NCBI GenBank assembly: GCA_963747235.1
Contig: CAVVEU010000004.1
Location: 1-64,000, forward strand
Reading direction: 5' to 3'
DNA: 64,000 nucleotides
Source of the DNA: an uncultured Candidatus Rokubacteria bacterium
GTDB taxonomy: Bacteria; Methylomirabilota; Methylomirabilia; Rokubacteriales; CSP1-6
The notes under the pieces are model-generated. The model had not been told where the DNA came from. It saw only the letters and a list, made by a program, of their open reading frames with translations, and did no database searches. The number at the start of each line of letters is the position of its first letter. The stretch's first letter is position 1. Positions 20,043-30,739 of this stretch are shown here, piece by piece. Position numbers and translations under genes: made by a program.

Positions 20043-20981
20043 GTGTGGGTCTACGTCGGCCGGCGTCTCCTGCTCGCGATCCCGACGCTGCTCGGGGCCA
20101 GCATCATCGTGTTCGCGATGGTGCACCTGGCCCCGGGCGATCCGATCGCGGCGGTGATGCCGGCCGAGGCCAGCCAGGCGGAGATCGAGGCCACCAAGCG
20201 CGCGTACGGCTTCGACAAGCCGCTGCCGGTGCAATACCTGATCTGGCTCGGGCGGGTGGCCCAGGGCGATCTCGGCAAGTCGCTCGCCACCCGCCGTCCC
20301 GTGATCCTCGACGTGCGCGATGCCCTCGCCAACAGCCTCGTGCTGGCGCTGTCGTCCTCGCTGATCGCGTTCGTGCTCGGGGTGGCGCTCGGGCTGCTCG
20401 CCGCCTTCCGGCAGGGGCGGGTGCTCGACAAGCTGGCGAGCGGCATCGCGGTGATCGGGGTGTCGGTGCCGCACTACTGGGCGGGGATCATCCTCATCAT
20501 CGTCTTCTCCGTGCAGCTCAACTGGCTGCCCGCCATGGGCGCCGCGAATGACCCCGGGATCTGGGAGTACCTGCGCCACATGGTCCTGCCCACGGTGGCG
20601 CTCGCCCTCATCCCGCTCGGCGTCATCACCCGGGTCGTGCGGTCGGCGGCGCTCGACATCCTGAACCAGGAGTTCGTGCTGGCCCTGCGCGCCAAGGGCC
20701 TGGCCTCGCGGCGGGTGTTCACCCACGTGGTCAAGAACTCCCTCCCGCAGATCCTCACCGTGCTCGGGCTGCAGTTCGGCTTTCAGCTCGGCGGCTCGGT
20801 CCTCGTGGAGGCCGTCTTCTCCTGGCCCGGCACCGGCTACCTGCTGAATCTCGCGATCTTCCAGCGGGACATCCCGGTGCTGCAGGGCGTGATCCTCGTG
20901 CTCGCGACGTTCTTCGTGCTGCTGAACCTCGCGGTCGACCTGCTGCAGACGGTGATCGACCCGCGGATCGCGCGCCACTGA
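20043..20981 (+). CDS. ABC permease (OppB/DppB-like)
   Basis: PGDP, GDLGKS, RAKGL, VEAVFSWPG.G, DPRI. Confidence 0.93.
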   Translation: MWVYVGRRLLLAIPTLLGASIIVFAMVHLAPGDPIAAVMPAEASQAEIEATKRAYGFDKPLPVQYLIWLGRVAQGDLGKSLATRRPVILDVRDALANSLVLALSSSLIAFVLGVALGLLAAFRQGRVLDKLASGIAVIGVSVPHYWAGIILIIVFSVQLNWLPAMGAANDPGIWEYLRHMVLPTVALALIPLGVITRVVRSAALDILNQEFVLALRAKGLASRRVFTHVVKNSLPQILTVLGLQFGFQLGGSVLVEAVFSWPGTGYLLNLAIFQRDIPVLQGVILVLATFFVLLNLAVDLLQTVIDPRIARH

Positions 20982-21870
20982 TGGCCATCGCGGTCCCGCT
21001 GGTCGAGGCGCCGGTGGTCGCCGCCGCGCCCATGTCGTACTGGCGGACCGTCGCGTGGCGGCTCGCGCGCGATCGGGCCACCCTGGTCGCGGGCGGCGTG
21101 CTGGCGGTCATCGTGCTCTCGGCGATCCTGGCGCCGTGGATCGCCCCGTACGATCCGGCCGCCGGCTCGATCCGGCTGCGTCTCGCCCCGGTCGGCGCGC
21201 CGGGGCACGTGCTCGGGACGGACGAGCAGGGGCGCGACATGCTGAGCCGCCTGCTCTGGGGCGGCCGCATGACCCTGGTGGCCGGGCTCACGCCGGTGCT
21301 GGTGGCCTTCGTGGTCGGCGCCGCGCTCGGCGTGATGGCGGGCTACGTGGGCGGCCTCACGAACACGCTGATCATGCGCACGATGGACATCTTCTACGCG
21401 TTCCCGGCGGTGCTGCTCGCGATCGCGATCTCCGGCGCGCTCGGTCCCGGGCTCGCCGAACACCCTCATCTCCCTGTCCATCGTCTTCGTGCCGCGGGTC
21501 GTGCGCGTCGCCGAGTCCGCCACCGTGCAGGTGAAGGGTCTCGAGTACATCGCGGCCGCGCGGGCCAGCGGGGCCGGGGTCCGGGCCATCGTCCGGCACC
21601 ATCTGCTCGCCAACGTGCTGGGCCCCATCCTCGTGTTCTCGAGCACGCAGGTGTCGCTCGCCGATCATCCTGGCCGCGGGCCTGTCCTTCCTCGGGCTCG
21701 GCGTCACCCCGCCCGCGGCGGAGTGGGGGCTGATGCTGAACACGCTGCGCCAGTCCATCTACGTCAACGCGATCGTGCCCGCGCTGCCCGGCGTGGCCAT
21801 CTTCGTCACGTCCATGGCGTTCAACCTGCTGTCCGACGGCCTGCGCGACGCCATGGAGATCCGCGGGTGA
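20981..21870 (+). CDS. ABC permease (OppC/DppC-like), frameshifts near 21455 and 21660
   Basis: [42 protein letters not shown]. Confidence 0.88.
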
Positions 21871-22856
21871 GGGCGCCGCTGCTGGAGGCGGTCAACCTGC
21901 GCAAGCACTTTCCCCTGCGCGGCGGCGTGCTGCAGCGCACGCGGGCCTGGGTGCGGGCGGTGGACGACGTCTCGTTCGAGGTGGCGCCGGGGGAGACCCT
22001 CGGCATCGTGGGCGAGTCGGGCTGCGGCAAGTCCACCCTCGCGCGGCTCCTGCTGCGATTGATCGAGCCCGACGCGGGCATGGTGCGGTTCGACGGCGAG
22101 GACGTGCTCGCGGCCTCCCCGTCGCGCATGAAGCGGCTGCGCCGGGACATGCAGCTCGTCTTCCAGGATCCCTACGCGTCGCTGAACCCGCGGCTGACGA
22201 TCGAGGACACCGTCGCGTTCAGCCTGCTCGTGCACGGCACCCCGCGCGGGGAGGCGGGCGAGCGGGCGCGCGCGCTGCTGGGGCGCGTGGGCCTCGACCC
22301 GCGGCTGCACGGCCGGCGCTACGCCCACGAGCTGAGCGGCGGCCAGCGCCAGCGCGTGAACATCGCGCGCGCGCTCGTGCTGGACCCGAGGCTCCTGGTG
22401 CTCGACGAGCCGGTGTCCGCGCTCGACAAGTCCGTGCAGGCCCAGGTGCTGAACCTGCTGCAGGATCTCAAGGCCGAGCGCGCGCTGACCTATGTGCTCA
22501 TCTCGCACGACCTGAACGTCATCGAGTACGTGAGCGATCGGGTGCTCGTCATGTACCTCGGCGAGGTCGTGGAGACCGGGACCGCGGAGGCGCTCTCGCA
22601 GGCGCCGAAGCATCCCTACACCCAGGCGCTCTTCGCCTCCGCGCCCAGCATGGATCCCGACCGCCGCATGGACCGCCTGCCGATCACCGGCGATCCGCCG
22701 AACCCGATCAACCCGCCGTCCGGCTGCCGGTTCCGCACGCGCTGCCCGTTCGCGATGCCCCGCTGCGCGGAGGCGACGCCGCCGCGCGTGCCGGTGGGCG
22801 CCGCGCACGAGGTGGCGTGCTACCTGTACGAGGCCGCGCCGGCGTCCGTCGCGTGA
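21867..22856 (+). CDS. ABC ATP-binding protein (OppF/DppF-like)
   Basis: [45 protein letters not shown]. Confidence 0.93.
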   Translation: MRAPLLEAVNLRKHFPLRGGVLQRTRAWVRAVDDVSFEVAPGETLGIVGESGCGKSTLARLLLRLIEPDAGMVRFDGEDVLAASPSRMKRLRRDMQLVFQDPYASLNPRLTIEDTVAFSLLVHGTPRGEAGERARALLGRVGLDPRLHGRRYAHELSGGQRQRVNIARALVLDPRLLVLDEPVSALDKSVQAQVLNLLQDLKAERALTYVLISHDLNVIEYVSDRVLVMYLGEVVETGTAEALSQAPKHPYTQALFASAPSMDPDRRMDRLPITGDPPNPINPPSGCRFRTRCPFAMPRCAEATPPRVPVGAAHEVACYLYEAAPASVA

Positions 22857-22857
22857 C

Positions 22858-23347
22858 TCAGCGGAGGTGGACCTCGGTATACGCGCAGCGGGCGTAGCCC
22901 TGCGCGGCCGCCGCGGCCAGGATCGCGTCGGCGTGGGCGGCCATGGCCGCGAGCCGCGGCCGGGGATCGGCCGCGTGGAGCGTCTTCGCCACGTGCCCGA
23001 ACAGCGTCATGCTCGAGACGAGCTTGAGGGCGTCGATCTCCGAGCCCATCAGCCCCGCGAGACGCATCGGGCGGCCCCTGGCGCCGGACAGGTGCGCCCG
23101 CACGGCCGCCGACGCGGTGACCAGCCGCTCGCCGAGCACGCGATCGCGAAGGTAGGCCGCGGCTTCCTCCACGCCGGCCAGGCCGTAGTAGACGGCGGTG
23201 GAGGACCGTCCCAGTCCCGCGAGCTGCGGGAACACGTACCAGATCCAGTGGCCGGTCTTCTCGCCGGCCTGTAGCTCGCGGAGCGCCACCGCGTAGCCGG
23301 CGTGCGGACGCGTCCTGCGCCTGGCGAAAGCGGTCCAGCTTGTCCAT
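22858..23347 (-). CDS. DUF1810 family protein (frameshift near 23300)
   Basis: LDRF..AQ, ELQAG.K.GHWIWYVFPQLAGLG.S, DALKLVSSMTLF. Confidence 0.88.
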
Positions 23348-23421
23348 GCCGTCCTCTCGGGAGTACGCTCTCACCACCTGTCCGACCTGTCCAGGCTCCG
23401 AATCGCCGGGGAGGCTCCCGC

Positions 23422-23722
23422 ATGCGAGGTGTCCGCTGGATCCGGCTGGGCGTCTTCGCGACTCCTCCTGCTCGTGGCCGCGCCGTCGGCCGAGCCGCAG
23501 GGGACCATCGCGAACGTCTGCAACACCGCGTGGGGATGGTGCCTCCTGCCGCCGGGGACCATCGTCCAGATCACGAGACCGTGCCGCTGCTACACCACGG
23601 CCGGCCAGCCCGCCGATGGCCGCACGCACTCGTTCAACTTCTCGGAGGTGCGGCAGATCAACCCCAGCCCCTATCTGAACCCGCACGCGCCGCCGCCCCA
23701 GCGGCCGGGCGTCACGCCGTAG
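23422..23722 (+). CDS. small secreted Cys-containing protein (frameshift near 23460)
   Basis: SD GGAGG; signal MRGVRWIRLGVFA/LLLLVAAPSAEPQ; C-NTAWGW-C...C-R-C; Pro-rich tail. Confidence 0.6.
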
Positions 23723-23787
23723 GAGTCCTTCTCCCGCGGCAGTTTACGAGTGCCCGTTCCCACGTCCGTCCGGCTCGCCATTTCCCC

Positions 23788-23814
23788 TGTCGATCCCGGC
23801 CCTCCCTGGACGAC
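23788..23814 (+). promoter_or_regulatory. ECF42-type promoter TGTCGA-N17-CGAC
   Basis: Matches the TGTCGA (-35) / CG(A/T)C (-10) consensus known for ECF42 sigma factors, whose targets include DGPF proteins; a DGPF gene lies in the downstream operon. Confidence 0.6.
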
Positions 23815-23821
23815 TATCTGG

Positions 23822-23863
23822 CGTCAGGCAGTTGCGCGAGCTCACGTCAGGCGGTTGCACGAG
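23822..23863 (+). repeat. 19-bp direct repeat, period 23 (CGTCAGGCaGTTGCgCGAG / CGTCAGGCgGTTGCaCGAG)
   Basis: Two copies with 2 mismatches in the leader of the SRPBCC operon. Confidence 0.7.
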
Positions 23864-23897
23864 GGCGTAGGATTTCCAGGGAGGGAATGGAGCCATC

Positions 23898-24438
23898 ATG
23901 ATTCTCAAGATTCTGATCGCGGTCGCCGCGATCGTGGTCGTGCTGGTCGTCGTCATCGCCACGCGGCCGACCGAGTTTCGCGTGGAGCGGGCCGCCACCG
24001 TCTCGGCTCCGGCGCCGGTCGTCTTCGCCCAGGTGAACGATTTCCACAAGTGGGACGCCTGGTCCCCGTACGCGAAGCGTGATCCCGCGATGAAGAAGAG
24101 CTTCGAGGGCGCGCCGGCCGGGGTGGGCGCGATCTACACGTGGTCCGGCAATCACGAGGTGGGCGAAGGGCCGCACGACGATCATCGAGAGCCGGCCGAG
24201 CGAGCTGATCCGGATCAAGCTCGAGTTCGTGCGGCCCTTCGCGGGCACCAGCACCGCGACGTTCACCTTCCGGCCCGAGGGCGAGCGCACCGCGGTGACG
24301 TGGAGCCTGGACGGCCGGAACAGCTTTCCCGCGAAGGCGATGAGCCTGGTCATGAACATGGACCGGATGATCGGCGACGATTTCGAGAAGGGCCTGGCCC
24401 AGATGAAGGCGATCGCGGAAGCGGCGCCCAGACCATAG
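23898..24438 (+). CDS. SRPBCC/polyketide cyclase family protein (frameshift near 24170)
   Basis: FRVER, DFHKWDAWSPY..DP, GVGAIYTWSGN.EVGEG; second frame MDRMIGDDFEKGL. Confidence 0.88.
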
Positions 24439-24447
24439 GAGGCTACC

Positions 24448-24927
24448 ATGGGAGCGAAGAGCGAAGAGCTGGCGAAGCAGTTCGAGGCGAAGTCCCGGGA
24501 CGCGCTGGCCACGCTGGAGAAGCTCAGCGACGCGGACTGGAAGAAGGTGACGGAGGCCGAGAAGTGGTCGGTGGGCGTGACCGCCCACCACCTGGCCAGC
24601 GTGCTGGAGGCGGTCTCCAGTATGATCAAGGCCGTCGCGGCGCGGCAGGCTCCGGGCGATCTCAGCATGGGGCTGATCGACGAGATGAATGCCCAGCACG
24701 CGAAGGACTTCGCCAACTGCACCCGGGCGGAGACGATCGAGCTGCACCGGAAGGGCAGCGCGACCGCGGCCGCGACGATCCGCGGGCTGAGCGACGCGGA
24801 TCTGGCGACGGGCGGCACGGTGTTGAAGGGCATACCCCCGATGACCGCCGAGCAGCTGATCGCCGGCGGCCTGCTCGCCCACATCGACGATCACTATGGC
24901 AGCATCCGGAAGACCATCGGCCACTGA
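24448..24927 (+). CDS. DinB/MDMPI-like four-helix protein
   Basis: WSVGVTAHHLA and C-terminal HIDDH metal-ligand pattern. Confidence 0.75.
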   Translation: MGAKSEELAKQFEAKSRDALATLEKLSDADWKKVTEAEKWSVGVTAHHLASVLEAVSSMIKAVAARQAPGDLSMGLIDEMNAQHAKDFANCTRAETIELHRKGSATAAATIRGLSDADLATGGTVLKGIPPMTAEQLIAGGLLAHIDDHYGSIRKTIGH

Positions 24928-24955
24928 CGGCTCGGCCGTCCCGAGGAGACAGACC

Positions 24956-25342
24956 TTGAGGGCAGCAAGTGGGAGCGGAAAGATCGTGTGGACCGGACGG
25001 GTGATCACGGGGCTGGTGTCACTCCTCTTCTTCTTCAGCGCGGCCATGAAGTTCGTGGGCGGGACCGAGGTGAAGGAGGGGATGGCGCACCTGGGGCTGC
25101 CCGAGTCGATGATCATCCCGCTGGGGATCCTCGAGGCCGCCTGCACGGTGATCTACCTGATCCCGGCGACGTCGGTGCTGGGCGCGATTCTCCTCGCCGG
25201 CTACATGGGAGGCGCGATCTGCACCCACTGGCGGGTCGGGGACCTGTTCATCGGGCCGATCGCCATCGCGCTCGTGGTCTGGCTCGGCATCTACCTGCGG
25301 GAGCCGCGTCTCCGGGCGCTCATCCCGCTGAGAAAACCCTGA
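24956..25342 (+). CDS. DoxX family membrane protein
   Basis: SAAMKF, LIPATSVLGAILLAGYMGGAICTH.R; TTG start after SD GAGGAG. Confidence 0.85.
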   Translation: MRAASGSGKIVWTGRVITGLVSLLFFFSAAMKFVGGTEVKEGMAHLGLPESMIIPLGILEAACTVIYLIPATSVLGAILLAGYMGGAICTHWRVGDLFIGPIAIALVVWLGIYLREPRLRALIPLRKP

Positions 25343-25348
25343 GGAGAC

Positions 25349-25786
25349 ATGACGATGCGTTTCATGATGCTGGTCAAGGCGTCGAAGGAGTCGGAGGCGG
25401 GCGCGCTCCCGAGCAAGGAGCTCCTCGCCGCGATGGGACAGTTCAACGAGGAGATGGTGAAGGCCGAGGTGATGATCGCCGGCGAGGGGCTCCAGCCGAG
25501 CTCGAAGGGCACGCGGGTCACGTTCTCGGGGTCGCAGCGCACCTTCGCCGACGGGCCCTTCGCGGAGACCAAGGAGCTGCTGGCCGGCTTCTGGATGATC
25601 GACGTGAAGTCGAAGGCGGACGCGCTCGCGTGGGCGTCGCGCGTGCCGTTCACGGACGGCGAGGTGATCGAGGTGCGCCAGGTGTTCGAGGCCGAAGACT
25701 TCCCGGCCGAGGTCTTCCCTCCCGAGGAGGTCGCGCGGGAGCAGAAGCTGCGCGACGAGCTGCAGCGGAAGGCGGCGAAGCGATGA
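25349..25786 (+). CDS. YciI/DGPF family protein
   Basis: [34 protein letters not shown]. Confidence 0.92.
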   Translation: MTMRFMMLVKASKESEAGALPSKELLAAMGQFNEEMVKAEVMIAGEGLQPSSKGTRVTFSGSQRTFADGPFAETKELLAGFWMIDVKSKADALAWASRVPFTDGEVIEVRQVFEAEDFPAEVFPPEEVAREQKLRDELQRKAAKR

Positions 25787-26899
25787 GCCGCGTCCGGGTC
25801 CTGGTGGGCACGCGCAAGGGGGCATTCGTCCTCACGCGGACGGCACGCGCGACCGGTGGGACGTGAGCGGGCCCCACTTCGGGGGCTGGGAGATCTACCA
25901 CCTCAAGGGATCGCCCGCCGATCCGGACCGCCTCTACGCCTCGCAGTCCAGCGGGTGGTTCGGGCAGGTGATCCAGCGCTCGAACGACGGCGGCAAGACG
26001 TGGGAGTCGGCGGGCAACAAGTTCGCCTACGACGGGCCCACCGGCACGCACCTCTGGTACGACGGCACCCCGCACCCGTGGGAGTTCGCGCGGGTCTGGC
26101 ATCTCGAGCCGTCGCTCGACGATCCGGACACGGTCTACGCCGGGGTCGAGGACGCCGCCCTGTTCCGCACCACCGACGGCGGCCAGAGCTGGCAGGAGCT
26201 GCCGGGGCTGCGCACGCACGCCTCGGCCTCCCTGTGGCAGCCCGGCGCGGGCGGGATGTGCCTGCACACGATCCTGCTGGATCCGAGCCGGGCCGGGCGG
26301 ATGTTCGTCGCCATCTCGGCGGCGGGCGCGTTCCGGAGCGACGACGCGGGCGCGACGTGGCGGCCGGTGAATCGCGGCCTCCAGTCGGAGGGCATCCCCG
26401 ATCCCACCGCCGCGGTCGGCCACTGCGTGCACCGCACTCGCGATGCACCGGTCGCGGCCCGGGCGTCCTGTTCATGCAGAAGCACTGGGACGTGATGCGG
26501 AGCGACGACGCGGGAGAGAACTGGCGAGAAGTGAGCGGGAACCTGCCGAGCGACTTCGGGTTCCCGATCGACGTGCACGCGCACGAGCCGGAGACGATCT
26601 ACGTGGTTCCCATCAAGAGCGACTCGGAGCACTATCCGCCCGACGGCAAGCTGCGCGTGTACCGGAGCCGCACCGGCGGCCACGAGTGGGAGGCACTCAC
26701 GAAGGGGCTGCCCCAGAGCCACTGCTACGTCAACGTGCTGCGCGACGCGATGAGCACCGACACGCTCGATCCGTGCGGCGTGTACTTCGGCACCACCGGC
26801 GGCCAGGTGTACGCGTCCGCCGACGGGGGCGATAGCTGGGCGCCGATCGTCCGGGACCTCCCGGCCGTGGTGTCCGTCGAGGTCCAGACGCTGCCATGA
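25783..26899 (+). CDS. BNR/Asp-box beta-propeller (sialidase-like) protein, frameshifts near 25835 and 26440
   Basis: VLVGTRKG, repeated S.DGG.TW / SDDAG..W Asp boxes, [27 protein letters not shown]. Confidence 0.88.
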
Positions 26900-27192
26900 T
26901 CCGGGTCGTCCTGCCCGCCCACCTGCGGACGCTCGCGCGCGTGGACGGCGAGGTGAAGGTGATGGTCGCCGGCGCGGTGACGCAGCGGTCGGTGCTCGAC
27001 GCGCTCGAGGCCGCCTATCCGATGCTGCGCGGGACTATCCGCGATCACGTCACCCGGCAGCGCCGGCCGTTTCTGCGGTTCTTCGCCTGCGAGGAGGATC
27101 TGTCCCACGAGTCTCCCGACGCCCCGCTCCCGGACGCCGTCTCGGAGGGCACGGAGCCGTACCTGGTCGTGGGCGCGATGGCCGGGGGCTAG
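26896..27192 (+). CDS. MoaD/ThiS-family ubiquitin-like protein
   Basis: beta-grasp pattern with C-terminal AMAGG; ATGA overlap with the propeller gene. Confidence 0.88.
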   Translation: MIRVVLPAHLRTLARVDGEVKVMVAGAVTQRSVLDALEAAYPMLRGTIRDHVTRQRRPFLRFFACEEDLSHESPDAPLPDAVSEGTEPYLVVGAMAGG

Positions 27193-27200
27193 GATGGATC

Positions 27201-27320
27201 ATGCGTTACGCGGATGGCGATGGCTATGTGTTGCCGTCGCATCGCGCTCTAGGCGGGCAGGATGTGGCGTGAGCACAAGACGATGCCGTTCGACGTCAAA
27301 CGCATGGTCTAGGGCGGTGC
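27201..27320 (+). pseudogene. DUF1428 family relic
   Basis: Fragments MRY.DG..VLP, AGRMWREH and KTMPFDVKRMV*GG match the family's N-terminal, middle and C-terminal motifs; most of the middle is deleted. Confidence 0.7.
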
Positions 27321-27395
27321 TCCCCGCGTCTTGACTGCCGGCCCGGAGAGGCGCAGAGTTCTCGGCGCATCGCACTGTGAGCGAGGAGGACCTCG

Positions 27396-27722
27396 ATGCC
27401 GACTTACATGGTGCAGGCGTCGTACACGAACACCGCGTGGAACAAGCTGGTCCAGCGTCCCGAGAACCGCATGGAGGCGCTCAGGCCGGTCGTCGAGAAG
27501 CTGGGCGGGCAGGTGCTCGCCTGGTACTACACGTTCGGCGACTACGACGTGCTCGTCCTCTTCGACGTGCCCAGCGCCATCAATGCCGCGGCGTTCTCCA
27601 TGGCGATCGCGGGAAGCGGAGCCGTGAAGGAGTTCAAGACCACCGTCCTGATGTCGCCCGACGAAGGCTTCGATGCCCTGCTCCTGGCGCAGGGGGCAGG
27701 ATACCGTCCGCCTGGTGGCTGA
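27396..27722 (+). CDS. GYD domain protein
   Basis: MPTYMVQASYT...LGG....YYTFGDYD...KTTVLMS. Confidence 0.88.
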   Translation: MPTYMVQASYTNTAWNKLVQRPENRMEALRPVVEKLGGQVLAWYYTFGDYDVLVLFDVPSAINAAAFSMAIAGSGAVKEFKTTVLMSPDEGFDALLLAQGAGYRPPGG

Positions 27723-29359
27723 TCCGGCAAGCAATCCCGGACGGGCGCCGTGGCGCGAGTGGACGCTGGTCCATCTGATTCGCCGGCAGGCCGGCGAGCG
27801 GGGCGCGCGCCCGTTCATCCGCTTCGAGGACGGCCAGGCCTTCACCTTCCGCGCCCTCGACGCGTGGACAGACGAGTTGGCCTCCTCGCTGGCCGCCCTC
27901 GGCGTGCGCCCGGGCGATCGCGTGCTGGGCCTGCATCGGCAACCGGGCCGAGGCGATCGGGATGCTCTTCGCCACCGTGAAGCTCGGCGCGGTCTGGGTG
28001 CCGGTCAACACCGGCCTGCGCGGCGCGTTCCTCCAGCACCAGCTGCACAATGCCGAGCCGCGCGTCGTCGTCCTGGAGGACCGCCTGGCCGCGAACCTTC
28101 GGGACGTCGTGGGCGGCCCGGTGGCCCCCGAGGCCCTGGTCATCGTCGGGGATGCGGCCACCCCGACGCCCGCGTGCCTGAGCGGCTCGCGGCGGCTCAC
28201 GCTTCCCGAGCTGCGCGCGCTGCGAGCGCCCGCCGATCTCGTGACGCCCGCGCCCGGCGACGTCGCGATGATCATGTACACCTCGGGCACGACCGGTCCG
28301 TCGAAGGGCGTGCTCATCCCGCACGGCCACTGCTACCTGGCCGGCCTCGGGCTGGCGGAGGCGACGGCGCTCACCGCGGCCGATCGCTACTTCGTCTGCA
28401 TGCCCCTGTTCCACGCCAACGCCCTGCTCATGCAGTTCCTGGGCTGTCTCATCGCGGGCGCCGAGGCGGTGGTGACCGAGCGCTTCCGGGCCACGAGCTG
28501 GCTCGAGGAAGTGCGCGCGGCCGACGCCACGATCACGAACGGCCTCGGCGTGATCCCCGAGTTCATCTTTCGCCAGCCCCCGACCGCCCGCGATCGCGAC
28601 CACCGCCTGCGCCTGATGATGGCGGTGCCGATCGCGCCCGAGTGGGGCGCGGCCTTCGAGGCGCGCTTCGGGGTGCCGTTCATGCAGGGGTTCGGCATGA
28701 CCGAGTGCAATATCGTGGCGTACACGCGCCCGGGCGACCCTCTCGTCCCGGGCTGCGCCGGCTATCCACTGGACGACTGGTTCGACGTCGCCATCGCCGA
28801 TCCCGCCACCGACGCGCTGCTGCCCGCGGGGCAGACCGGCGAGATCGTGGTGCGGCCGAAGGTGCCGGGCTGCGTCATGGCCGGCTACTTCCGGATGCCC
28901 GAGAAGACCGTCGAGGCGTGGCGCAACCTCTGGTTTCACACCGGCGACGCCGGCCGCTTCGACGACGCGGGTCGCCTGCACTTCGTGGACCGCATCAAGG
29001 ACTGCATCCGCCGGCGGGGCGAGAACATCTCGAGCTTCGAGATCGAGCAGGTGCTCAACGCCCACCCGGCGGTGGCCGAGTCGGCGGTGGTCGGCGTCAA
29101 GGTGGCCGGCGCGGGCGGCGAGGACGAGGTGAAGGCCTATGTCGTGCCGGCCGCCGGCGCGGCGGTCGATCCGGTGGCGCTGCTCGACTGGTGCGCGCCC
29201 CGGATGCCGCACTTCGCGGTGCCGCGCTTCGTGGAGGTGGTGTCCGCGGAGCTGGCCAAGACTCCCACCGGCAAGATCCAGAAGACGCCGCTGCGCGAGG
29301 CGGGGATCACCGCGGCCACCTGGGATCGCGAGTCCATCGGCTACGTGGTCCGGCGGTGA
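27715..29359 (+). CDS. AMP-binding acyl-CoA ligase (CaiC-like), frameshift near 27930
   Basis: YTSGTTGPSKG, PLFHANA, GFGMTE, WFHTGD, DR.KD.IRRRGENISS, KTPTGKIQK. Confidence 0.9.
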
Positions 29360-30739
29360 CCCGGAGCGGCCCACCGGGGCATCCGGGTCCGCCGGCGCCG
29401 CGATCGATCGCGCGCGGCATCCTCGACCAGGCGCGGCCGATCTTCGTCGGCCAGGTCGCGGTGATGCTGTACGGGGTCGTGGACACCGTCTTCACCGGCC
29501 ACGCCTCGGCCACCGACCTCGCCGCGATGGGCCTCGGGACCGGGGTCTACTCGAGCGTCTTCGTGAGCCTCCTCGGCGTGCTCAACGCGCTCAATCCCAT
29601 CATCGGGCAGCATCACGGCGGGGGCCGGCACACCGCCATCGGCGCGAGCTACGTGCAGGGGCTCTGGCTGGCGCTGCTGCTCTCGGTCGCGGGCGGCTGC
29701 TTCCTCGCGTTTCCCGAGCCGTGGCTCGGATGGATCCACGCCCCGTCCGACGTCGAGGCCCTGGTGACGCGATACCTGCGCGTCCTCGCGGTGGCCATGC
29801 CCGCCGCGCTGATGTTCCGGGCGATCTCCGCGCTCAACATCGCGGTGGCGCGGCCGCACGTCGTCATGCGCATGCAGGTCGCCGGGCTCGCGCTGAAGGT
29901 GGTCCTGAGCTATGGCCTGATCTTCGGCGCGCTCGGGCTGCCGCGCCTGGGCGCGGTGGGCGGCGCGCTCGCCTCGGGCATCGTCTTCTGGGGGCTCTTC
30001 GCGGCGGGCTGGGCGCACACGCGCCTCGACCCTTTCTACCTCCGCTTCGCGATCCGCGGCGCGCGGCCCCGCTGGTCCGTCGTCCGCGAGCAGATCCAGC
30101 TCGGCATCCCGATGGGCCTGTCCTACGCGATCGAGGCGACGTCCTTCACGTTCATCACCCTGCTGGTGGCCCGGCTCGGCACCAGCGTGATGGCGGGCCA
30201 CCAGATCGTGGCGAATCTCGCGGCGCTCTGCTTCATGGTCCCGCTCTCGCTCGCGGTCGCCACCTCCACCCTCACCGCCCACGCGATCGGCGCGGACGAC
30301 GCGCGCGCGGGCGCAGCGCACCGCGGCCACCGGGATCCGCATCGCGGGGCTGGCGGGGGCGTCGCTCGCGCTCGCGGTGTGGACGTTGCGCCACCCCATC
30401 GTCCGGCTCTACACGAGCGACGCGGCGGTGGCGGCGGTGGCGCTGACGCTGGTCCCGTTCCTGGCCGCCTTCCACGTGTTCGACGCCGTGCAGACCGCGG
30501 TCGGCTTCGTGCTCCGCGCCCACAAGCGCGCGGTGGCGCCCACCGTGGTCTACGCGCTCGCGCTCTGGGGCGTCGGCCTCTTCGGCGGCTATCAGGTCGC
30601 GTTTCGCGGCGTCTGGGGGCCGCCGCGCGGCGTCACCGGCATGTGGCTCATGCAGTCGGTCGGGCTCGCGCTGGCCGGCGCGCTGCTGCTCGGGTTCTAC
30701 GTCTGGCTGATGCGGCCGCGAGACTACGCCCTGAAGTAG
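29356..30739 (+). CDS. MATE family efflux transporter (NorM-like), frameshift near 30310
   Basis: VVDTVF.GH....LAA, GLPRLGAVG, LGIPMG, HQIV.N, FDAVQT. Confidence 0.88.

Noticed and set aside
27309-27311. In-frame TAG in the DUF1428 relic as pyrrolysine or recoding
   Set aside because: It lies in a heavily deleted gene at a Tyr position; a simple nonsense change is more likely.
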